Shown here: positions 6,160-13,782 of the stretch, piece by piece
Layout of the letters: each line of letters starts with the position of its first letter
Numbering within the stretch: position 1 is the stretch's first letter
IMG/VR virus record: IMGVR_UViG_2541047899_000010
Location: 1-38,224 of that record
Length of the DNA: 38,224 nt
Direction: 5' to 3' (one strand)
From: a virus
Taxonomy: Duplodnaviria > Heunggongvirae > Uroviricota > Caudoviricetes
Notes under the pieces: model-generated
Told to the model about the DNA's origin: nothing
What the model saw: only the letters and a program-made list of their open reading frames with translations
Database searches by the model: none
Made by a program: the position numbers and the translations under genes

Positions 6160-8996
6160 GTGAGTTTGCATGGAGCTGGAATGAACCACGGCCAGCCATT
6201 GATCCAGCCAGATTTACGGAGCACAGGCAGGAAACTGAAACCGACCTGCAACGCGCCATCCGTTACTACCTTGAGGCGGACAAAAGGGCACAGAAAGAAC
6301 AGGAAGCGAAGGAAGAAGCCTTTTTCGCACAATCCGCCATGGGTAAAAAACTCATGGCATCCCTTGAGGAAGCCGGACAGCGTGAAAAGCTGGCACAGAG
6401 CATCATCAGTAAGCGCCGGGCAACAGAACAAGACCCGGTAGCCCGTGCCTTTGCCACACTGAAGGCGCTTCCCGTTTATCTGCGAGAACCTCTGAGCCGC
6501 CACCTCTCTTTCCTGCGCAAGAAGCAGGAAGCCGATCGTCAGAAAGGCAAAAAGAGCTGGCAGGCGGAACGCTATGCACGCGGAACCCTGCGCAAAATAT
6601 TCGAACGTCTGGACCGCACCGACAGCCGCTGGCTGACACCGGGTTATCGCTCCCTTGCCGGACGCGAACGCCTGGACGATTTACTTTACCTGCCGCAGCT
6701 CAACAAACACCAGATACAGACGCTGGCCACCATGACGGCGGCGATGTTCAGCAGCACCTTCGAAAAACTCTGCGATGGCTTTGGCGCGACTGATGGCGAA
6801 CTGACCATGGATGTAACGCTGAAGGCGTATCAGATGCTGGCCCGCATGGCGTTACACCTGCACGCCATGCCTCCACATTATGACGCACTGACAACAGACA
6901 AAGACCGGAGGAACGAACCGGACACGGAGCTGCTGCCGGGCGCAATCCTTCGCCTGACTTGTGCGGAATGGTGGAAACGCAAACTGTGGCTGTTACGTTG
7001 CGAGTGGAGAGAAGAACAACTCCGCGCCGCCTGTCTGGTTTCCAGAAAAACATCACCCTATCTGAGCCAGGACGCGTTAAGCGAGTTTCGCGCACAGCGC
7101 GAGAAAACACGCGATTTCCTGAAAAGTTTCATGCTGGAAAATGAAGACGGGTTCACGATTGATCTCGAGACGGTGTATTACGCGGGAGTAAGTAACCCGG
7201 TTCACCGTAAGGCAGAAATGATGTCCACCATGAAGGGACTGGAACTTCTGGCCGAAGCCCGTGGCGACAGAGCGGTGTTTCTGACTGTCACCTGCCCGTC
7301 AAAATACCACGCAACAACGGAGAACGGTCATCCGAACCCCAAATGGAACGGGGCCACCATGCGCGACTCCAGCGATTACCTGGTTAACACGTTTTTTGCG
7401 GCGGTCCGCAAAAAACTGAACCGCGACGGTCTGCGTTGGTATGGCATCCGCACGGTGGAGCCTCACCATGACGGCACTGTGCACTGGCATATGATGGTCT
7501 TTGCACATCCGGACGAGATTGAAACCATCGTGTCCCACGTCTGCGATATTGCCATTCAGGAAGACCGCCACGAGCTGGGCGATGACATAACTCCGCGTTT
7601 TAAGGCAGAGTACGTAGACGGCTCAAAAGGCACACCAACCAGCTACATCGCCACCTACATCGGAAAGAACCTGGACAGCCGCGCCGTGGATGGCATCGAC
7701 CCGAAAACGGGCAAGCCACGCGTTGACCACGAAACCGGAAAATCAATGGCCGAGAGCGTGGAACGCGCCATCGGCTGGGCGCGCCTTCACCGGGTCCGCC
7801 AGTTCCAGTTCTTTGGTATCCCCTCCCGTCAGGTGTGGCGTGAACTGCGCCGCCTTGCCAGCCAGATGGCACGCAACCCGGAAGGCCCGCAACGGCTGAA
7901 GGATGACGCAATGGACGCGGTACTCGCTGCCGCTGATGCCGGATGTTTTGCCACCTACATTGAGAAACAGGGTGGCGTACTTGTTCCACGCAAAGACTAC
8001 CTGATTCGCACCGCCTACGACCTCGCAGATGAGCTGAACGATTACGGTGAACAGAGCGTACAGATTTACGGGATCTGGTCGCCGCTCATTGGGGAGTCTT
8101 CCCGCGTATGCACGCATCCGGATAACTGGAAGCTGGTAAGACGCAAACCGGAAGCGGAAGACAGCGCCCGCGAAAATGGTTTTGACCTTCAGGGCGGCCC
8201 TGCCGCCCCTTGGACTCGTGGCAATAACTGTCCCCGTGTACAGGAAACGGACAACAACGGGACAGAACAGCCGGAAGAACGGCCAGCACCGTGGCCGCAG
8301 CTCCCTGACGGCGTTGAAGTGAACGAATGGATGCGCTCACTGAAACGGCACGAACGCCGGGCGCTGATGCGTTCGCTTCGTGACAAACAGGCAAAAAACA
8401 GCAGTGATGAAATGCAGAGCTGGACACAGAGCCGCAAACAGCAGCGGCCTTTGCCTGATAACCACGAATTACTCGCTAAAGAATGGCGGGAGTCTGCTGA
8501 ATCTCTCGGCCTGCATATCGGTGAACAACAGATGCAGCACCTGTTACGGGGCGGCAGTCTGTACGTTGACGGCAGCATCATTGCACCGCAGGGATTTGAA
8601 ATTGTACGCAAACCGGATACCCGCCCGGACAGCCGAATCACGCAGCTCTGGCAGCGCCTGAGCCGTAATCACGGCGTAAGCAGCACGGAGATCCGCCATA
8701 ACCCGGTCGCCAGCTATCTGGCACAGCTGGGGGCATCAGACCCTGAAGCCGCCGCACGCCTGGCATCCACACTTCAGCAGGACCAGAACACCATGAAAAC
8801 CCCCGTTACCGTGCTTTCTGACATGCTGCGCGCCATCCGCGACGCAGAGCACGCACAGAGAATCAGTGAAACCACTGAACGCGCCCGCCGCAAAGCAGAC
8901 CTGCTGCGGAGTGGCCTGACCAGTGGAAACAAAAAACAGACAGAAACGGGACTCACGAATCCCGTAAATGAGCAAAAAACGCGCCGCGATATATGA
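6156..8996 (+). CDS. A: Rolling-circle replication initiator and nicking endonuclease (P2 gpA-like)
   Basis: 946 aa from ATG at 6156. Rep motifs HWHMMVF (HUH-type) and YIATYIGKN (catalytic Tyr), recalled as conserved in P2 A and the phiX174 A family. Longer than P2 A at the C-terminus. Confidence 0.9.
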   Translation: MSEFAWSWNEPRPAIDPARFTEHRQETETDLQRAIRYYLEADKRAQKEQEAKEEAFFAQSAMGKKLMASLEEAGQREKLAQSIISKRRATEQDPVARAFATLKALPVYLREPLSRHLSFLRKKQEADRQKGKKSWQAERYARGTLRKIFERLDRTDSRWLTPGYRSLAGRERLDDLLYLPQLNKHQIQTLATMTAAMFSSTFEKLCDGFGATDGELTMDVTLKAYQMLARMALHLHAMPPHYDALTTDKDRRNEPDTELLPGAILRLTCAEWWKRKLWLLRCEWREEQLRAACLVSRKTSPYLSQDALSEFRAQREKTRDFLKSFMLENEDGFTIDLETVYYAGVSNPVHRKAEMMSTMKGLELLAEARGDRAVFLTVTCPSKYHATTENGHPNPKWNGATMRDSSDYLVNTFFAAVRKKLNRDGLRWYGIRTVEPHHDGTVHWHMMVFAHPDEIETIVSHVCDIAIQEDRHELGDDITPRFKAEYVDGSKGTPTSYIATYIGKNLDSRAVDGIDPKTGKPRVDHETGKSMAESVERAIGWARLHRVRQFQFFGIPSRQVWRELRRLASQMARNPEGPQRLKDDAMDAVLAAADAGCFATYIEKQGGVLVPRKDYLIRTAYDLADELNDYGEQSVQIYGIWSPLIGESSRVCTHPDNWKLVRRKPEAEDSARENGFDLQGGPAAPWTRGNNCPRVQETDNNGTEQPEERPAPWPQLPDGVEVNEWMRSLKRHERRALMRSLRDKQAKNSSDEMQSWTQSRKQQRPLPDNHELLAKEWRESAESLGLHIGEQQMQHLLRGGSLYVDGSIIAPQGFEIVRKPDTRPDSRITQLWQRLSRNHGVSSTEIRHNPVASYLAQLGASDPEAAARLASTLQQDQNTMKTPVTVLSDMLRAIRDAEHAQRISETTERARRKADLLRSGLTSGNKKQTETGLTNPVNEQKTRRDI

Positions 8997-9041
8997 AGCG
9001 CACACAAAACAGGCAAAAGCGGGATTTCAGAATCCCGTAAA
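8947..9041. repeat. Two copies of a 22-bp hairpin motif flanking the gene A stop, upstream of parM-like
   Basis: cgggactcacgaatcccgtaaa at 8947..8968 and cgggatttcagaatcccgtaaa at 9020..9041; each has a cggga/tcccg inverted repeat. Candidate parC-like centromere, operator or gpA-associated site. Confidence 0.5.
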
Positions 9042-9072
9042 CGATTAATTAATCAACATAAGGAAAATCGAC

Positions 9073-10032
9073 ATGAAAATTTGTATCGACGACGGCTCCA
9101 CCAACATCAAGCTGGCATGGACTGAGAACGGCGAACGCCGCAACGCCATCAGCCCGAACAGCTTCAAGTCGGAATGGTCTGCGCCGTTCGGTGGCACGCA
9201 GCCCGCGAACTACATGCTTGATGGCGTGCGCTATGGTTTTGATCCGGTCAGCGATCGCTTTGTCCAGACGACCGACACGCAATACCAATACAGCGATGTG
9301 AATGTCATTGCCATTCATCACGCGCTGGTCAAATCAGGCATCACGCCACAGGAGGTGGATGTGGTTGTCACCCTGCCACTGAGCGAGTATTTCGACACAA
9401 ACGCACAGCCGGACATGGCCAACATCAACCGCAAAAAAGCGAACGTTATGCGCCCGGTGGAGTACCAGAACGGCGAAGCATTCACTATCCGTAACGTGCG
9501 GGTTATGCCTGAATCCATTCCGGCTGGCTTTAAGGCACTGGCTGACATGAGTCCGTTTGAATCCCTGCTGATTGTGGATTTGGGCGGAACCACGCTGGAT
9601 GTGGCAAAGGTTCAGGGGCAACTGGCAGGTATCAGCCAGGTGTTTTGCGATCCACACGTAGGCGTTTCTCTGATGGCCGATGCCGTACTGTCGGTGATGG
9701 CCACTAACGGTATGCGCACCAGTCACCACATCGCCAATACCATTATCGAACATCGCCATGATGAAGCCTGGCTGCGCCAGCACATCCACAATGACGCGCA
9801 TTACGACAGCCTGATGGCGGTTATTCGTGAAAAGGAAGAAACACTGAAACAACGAGTGATCCGCGCGCTGGCGGGTTTTTCGGGTTACGGGCGGGTGATG
9901 GTTGTCGGTGGAGGGGCGGAGATTGTGGCACCCGCTATCCGCGAAGCCTGCGGAGTTAATGCGACTTTCATCGCGGACGGGGTGCCACAGTTTGCTCTGG
10001 TCAATGGTTTGTACGCAATGGACAAGGAGTAA
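9073..10032 (+). CDS. parM: ParM/StbA-family actin-like segregation ATPase
   Basis: 319 aa. N-terminus MKICIDDGSTNIKLAW and later YSDVNVIAIHHAL, VDLGGTT and VVGGGA motifs recalled as matching plasmid R1 ParM (actin fold). AAGGAAAA upstream of the ATG. Confidence 0.8.
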   Translation: MKICIDDGSTNIKLAWTENGERRNAISPNSFKSEWSAPFGGTQPANYMLDGVRYGFDPVSDRFVQTTDTQYQYSDVNVIAIHHALVKSGITPQEVDVVVTLPLSEYFDTNAQPDMANINRKKANVMRPVEYQNGEAFTIRNVRVMPESIPAGFKALADMSPFESLLIVDLGGTTLDVAKVQGQLAGISQVFCDPHVGVSLMADAVLSVMATNGMRTSHHIANTIIEHRHDEAWLRQHIHNDAHYDSLMAVIREKEETLKQRVIRALAGFSGYGRVMVVGGGAEIVAPAIREACGVNATFIADGVPQFALVNGLYAMDKE

Positions 10033-10036
10033 ACCA

Positions 10037-10348
10037 ATGACGACACCAACCAGACGGATAAGTTTCTATCTGAAGCCCGCCGCCGTCAAGAACGAAGGCG
10101 AAGCATGCGCCTGGCTGGACAGCCTTACACCAGAAGCCCGCAAAAGCGGCCAACGCGTGGCTTTTCTGGCCGGGCTGGCACTTCTGAAAATGAATCCGGC
10201 AGAGGCTTACCGACTGGCTGCATGGGCTGACGATGAGGCGTTATCAGTGACACAAACCAGGGCAGAACGCCACATGTTACAGACAGCCCCCACCGCACAG
10301 ATAACCAGTCAGATGGCCGGAAATATCCGGGCGTTATTTCCCGATTAG
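10037..10348 (+). CDS. parR: ParR-like adaptor (putative ribbon-helix-helix centromere-binding protein)
   Basis: 103 aa; ATG 7 nt after AAGGAG and 4 nt after the parM stop. The N-terminal RISFYLKP beta-strand pattern resembles R1 ParR (recalled). Confidence 0.55.
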   Translation: MTTPTRRISFYLKPAAVKNEGEACAWLDSLTPEARKSGQRVAFLAGLALLKMNPAEAYRLAAWADDEALSVTQTRAERHMLQTAPTAQITSQMAGNIRALFPD

Positions 10349-10417
10349 AACTTTGCACGGGAGGTTTCCAGTTCTGAAAACAATCAACAAATAAGGAGTC
10401 GAACGTCAAAGATATAA

Positions 10418-10445
10418 GGCCGCCTAGCTGGCGGTCTTGTGTCTT
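10418..10445. terminator. Bidirectional hairpin terminator between convergent parMR and ATPase/Toprim operons
   Basis: ggccgcc-tagc-tggcggtc hairpin with T-rich flanks on both strands. Confidence 0.45.
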
Positions 10446-10478
10446 AAAATATGTTTATCTTAATGAGGACTATTATTT

Positions 10479-10997
10479 TTATAAAAAATAATCATCATGA
10501 GAGGAAACATGAAAATTATAATCTCTCAATTGGGGGATAATCCCTCTACTCCAAAGCAACGTTTTATTTAGTCCAAGTCCATCTAATTTCATCATCCTGT
10601 TGCGCAGCGCAATGAATTCATTCTTGAAGTTATCTGCAGAGATGATCTTTGGGCAAAAACAAGAATACAACTTTCTATTACTTACACCACAAGCATTGGC
10701 AAGCTCATCCTCAAAATTGCTTGTTTGTTGAAATAGGTGGATTGTGTGTTTTTTCGCCTTTAATAGATTGAGATTATTCTTAAATCTATCAAGATTCTCA
10801 ATCCTATCCGTATCAAAAACCACTATGATTTCGCTATTTTCGGTTAATGCTGGCATGTATTTATTTATATTAACATTCCATAAATTAGCAATTACTATTT
10901 TCTTAATAGGATAGCCTAGCAATGTTTTGAAATCCTGAAACAATGCTTTTTCCGTATCTCCCTCAACAAGAATAATAGCAAATTTCTTAACTGCCAT
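10479..10997 (-). CDS. Small Toprim-like protein (DUF4276/RloB-like), putative nuclease partner of the ATPase
   Basis: 172 aa from ATG at 10997, 2 nt after the ATPase stop and preceded by GAGGA. N-terminal ILVEGDTE (conserved Glu) and VVFDTDR (DxD) fit a Toprim-like fold. Locus is markedly AT-rich. Confidence 0.6.
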   Translation of the reverse strand: MAVKKFAIILVEGDTEKALFQDFKTLLGYPIKKIVIANLWNVNINKYMPALTENSEIIVVFDTDRIENLDRFKNNLNLLKAKKHTIHLFQQTSNFEDELANACGVSNRKLYSCFCPKIISADNFKNEFIALRNRMMKLDGLGLNKTLLWSRGIIPQLRDYNFHVSSHDDYFL

Positions 10998-10999
10998 AA

Positions 11000-12199
11000 T
11001 CAATCCTCAAATAGCATCTCTTCGATTAATGAAACGTCAGGTATTGTAGCAAAACAGTCATTTTTTACTTTATTTAAAAGATTGCGATCATTCTTTTTAT
11101 GATGTGTGGTAGCTTCAACAAAAGTGGTTACACCATCTACTTTTTTAGTAAAAGTATATGAATGCGTAGGCAGATCTAAGCTCAAGATATCATAATTATG
11201 TGTGGTGTATATAAATTGACCATATCTGCAAAGCTTAGATATAATCAGCGTGACCATCATTTTTTCTAATTCAGTATGAGTGAAGGCCATTTTCTCATCC
11301 AAAAAGTACACCCCACTGCAAGGGAAATTGAACTCTCGCTCTTCTATTTTATCTTCAAGCACTCCTGACAGGAGATGGGATATTTTTACTGCCTCATAAG
11401 TACCACGAGACAGTCTATCTTTATTTGTTATATCACCTTCCATATCAATAATAACTCTATCTCCATTATTGAAGACTACTGAATAACCCTGCAAATCCTC
11501 CTTTCCCTCATCATCTTTAAGAGTGAGTCCTGAGACAGATTTAACAGTATTGTCAAAGGTTTTTAATATGCTATTAAGCACATTCTTCTTAATTCGTGAT
11601 ATTTTATCCGTGTTCTCTTGGTTTTCAGATAGAATGAAATGCCAACCAAGAACAAAGTCCAAATCCTCTAAATATTGGGAAAATTCTTTTGAGTTAGCGT
11701 TTTCGGTTGAAAAAAATCTATTTTGACCATTTAATTCAAACTTTTGCGCATCCCACACAGCATCCAATCTTTTGGTCGTCTTTGCGCATGATTCCGAGCT
11801 TCTTAAATCAACAGATGCCATTGCAATTTTTTCTACAGCAACAGACTCATCCATAGCCCTAAGCCAGACACCTGCCCTAAACAAACATTTTAAATGACTC
11901 TGGAAAAAGTCAACCTCTATATATGCAGGTTTTCTTTTGTCAGTAATTTTTAACGGTTCTGGATTGAAAACACCACTACTGAGAAAACGCAACACAGAAA
12001 GCATCACGCGACCAAGAGATGTTTTACCAGATGCATTAGCACCAGAAACGATGCAAACCTTTTTGAAGTAGAACTTTTCAAATCCATCAATGTACTCACC
12101 TTCCAGTGAGCTGTTGATCGGGGGTCTGGAGAAGCTTAAGTCAAGGATGCTATTTTCAAAGCAAAACAGATTATCGATTCTGATTTTTGTAAAAGCCAT
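11000..12199 (-). CDS. ABC-type ATPase (AAA_15/AAA_21-like) of a candidate anti-phage module
   Basis: 399 aa. Walker A GANASGKTS, Walker B VYFLDE, H-loop TTHN, with a long helical insert between A and B as in OLD, AriA and AbiL-type ATPases. AAGGTGG upstream of the ATG. AT-rich. Confidence 0.75.
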   Translation of the reverse strand: MAFTKIRIDNLFCFENSILDLSFSRPPINSSLEGEYIDGFEKFYFKKVCIVSGANASGKTSLGRVMLSVLRFLSSGVFNPEPLKITDKRKPAYIEVDFFQSHLKCLFRAGVWLRAMDESVAVEKIAMASVDLRSSESCAKTTKRLDAVWDAQKFELNGQNRFFSTENANSKEFSQYLEDLDFVLGWHFILSENQENTDKISRIKKNVLNSILKTFDNTVKSVSGLTLKDDEGKEDLQGYSVVFNNGDRVIIDMEGDITNKDRLSRGTYEAVKISHLLSGVLEDKIEEREFNFPCSGVYFLDEKMAFTHTELEKMMVTLIISKLCRYGQFIYTTHNYDILSLDLPTHSYTFTKKVDGVTTFVEATTHHKKNDRNLLNKVKNDCFATIPDVSLIEEMLFED

Positions 12200-12377
12200 T
12201 TTGTTCCACCTTTTGGAAGTAAATATTGCTACCTGTTGAGTTTACATGTAATGAGCTGGTAAGCAATACAGGGATTCGATTTAGCGCACAATAGTGCACA
12301 AATTTGCACAATTTTTTTGAACGAATTTTTGCCCTTCTGGCCCGCGTGGCGGCTGGATCCGTCAGGGATCCGTGCGT

Positions 12378-12404
12378 GCACAAAAAAACGCGCTTTTTCT
12401 GCGC
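12378..12404 (-). terminator. Candidate terminator of the leftward Q-P late transcript
   Basis: On the minus strand cgcgc-agaaaaa-gcgcg followed by ttttttt. Confidence 0.4.
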
Positions 12405-12735
12405 GCAGGTGACGGGGGAACAGCCCGCGTTTCAGGGGGTAAATAGCATCCCCTGAACGATGTCGCAGCGACACAACAGAATGGCTGTATTTCTCACGCT
12501 GAGCGTGAAAAAGACGTGAGGGCTTTTGATTTGATGGGGTGGCAGATAAGGCCGTCAAAATCGCACTGAGGCGGCGAGAACATGCAGTCAGCGCGATGGG
12601 ATTGTGTAAGAGTCTGACTGTCGATGATGGCAATCAGCAGGAAAGCATCGTGAAATTATCTGACTGATACAGGAGCTGGAGAGTCGGGGCATAAATTTTT
12701 TATGCCCCGGCGAAGCAGCAGACAAGCGAAGCGCG

Positions 12736-13782
12736 TCAGGATGTGGGCTGGGTGTCTAACAGTGCGTAAGGGTTAAAGCGGATCACCTCTTCGCCAAGCC
12801 AGTCATTGATGTGCTTCATGGCCTCCATGACGGGCATCAGCTCGTTAATTGCGTAAACCCGCGCGGCCTTCTCCACATCACCAAACGCACTTTTTTCGCC
12901 CGGCATCGCCCCCATCAGTTGCGGCGGAACGCGGTGCGCAGCCAGCACATCATCACGGGATGCCGCCTTAACATTCATGAACTCATCCTTTGCGGTGATC
13001 TGCTGGAACGGCAAAATTTGCACCCCCTCTTTGCCCCCGTTAGGCGCATGAATGAGCACGTTTTTAAACGCACCACCACCACGCGCACCCTGTAACGTTT
13101 CTTTCAGGGAGTCCATGCTTTCGCGGTTTATCTGCGCTGCACCGATGTAGATGATGCACCCGGCGTGGGATCCATTGTCGTAATACAGTTTTCTGAACAT
13201 GTCCGCCGAATGAGACAGGCTGGCCGAGAGTAATGCACCAAGATATTCCGGCATGCCGTAGATTTCCTGGTTAATGTCAGGATTCATCAGGTGGCACACT
13301 TTGCCAGGGCGAAACTGAAACGCATCCTTGCCATCCTGCACATACCACCATGATTCAAGATCACTTCCGCGTCGCATGTATTTCGCCAGGGCGTGCCGTA
13401 ATTTAAGCGGTTCGCCGAGCATATTGCTCCGAAGCTCAAGGAATGCGTTACCGAACACAAACCAGTCCAGCGCCAGCGCCGAGAAATCCTGCCGGGAAAG
13501 CAGCGGGTGCGGAATATAGCAACCGAGCAATACATTGCGCTTAAAGTAAAGCGCAGACTGATGCCAGGACGTTTGCCGGGCAGCTCTTGCCAGACCGTAC
13601 CAGTCCACCGGGGTTTCATACCATCGCCCGTTATCAGCACAGTACATATTGTCCAGCAGGTCATGCCCGGTCAGGCGATAAGGACCATCAAATGTGAATG
13701 CACTGAGCGATGATTCTTTCCTGAGCGCATCAGCGAGATCAATGCGTGAACTCATGCGCACTTTTTTATTTTTTCTGCTCAT
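12736..13782 (-). CDS. Q: Portal protein (P2 gpQ-like)
   Basis: 348 aa, the size of P2 Q; sits just downstream of the terminase large subunit on the leftward strand as in P2. Confidence 0.85.
   Translation of the reverse strand: MSRKNKKVRMSSRIDLADALRKESSLSAFTFDGPYRLTGHDLLDNMYCADNGRWYETPVDWYGLARAARQTSWHQSALYFKRNVLLGCYIPHPLLSRQDFSALALDWFVFGNAFLELRSNMLGEPLKLRHALAKYMRRGSDLESWWYVQDGKDAFQFRPGKVCHLMNPDINQEIYGMPEYLGALLSASLSHSADMFRKLYYDNGSHAGCIIYIGAAQINRESMDSLKETLQGARGGGAFKNVLIHAPNGGKEGVQILPFQQITAKDEFMNVKAASRDDVLAAHRVPPQLMGAMPGEKSAFGDVEKAARVYAINELMPVMEAMKHINDWLGEEVIRFNPYALLDTQPTS

Noticed and set aside
6009-8641. Several 90 to 170-aa ORFs on both strands overlapping gene A (for example 6009..6503, 7600..7989, 8189..8641)
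   Set aside because: All lie inside the gpA coding sequence in other frames; Arg/Cys/Pro-rich translations typical of spurious ORFs.
12229-12633. 134-aa minus-strand ORF in the gap between the defence operon and Q
   Set aside because: Lies in the presumed cos/promoter region, has no RBS, and its translation is low-complexity.
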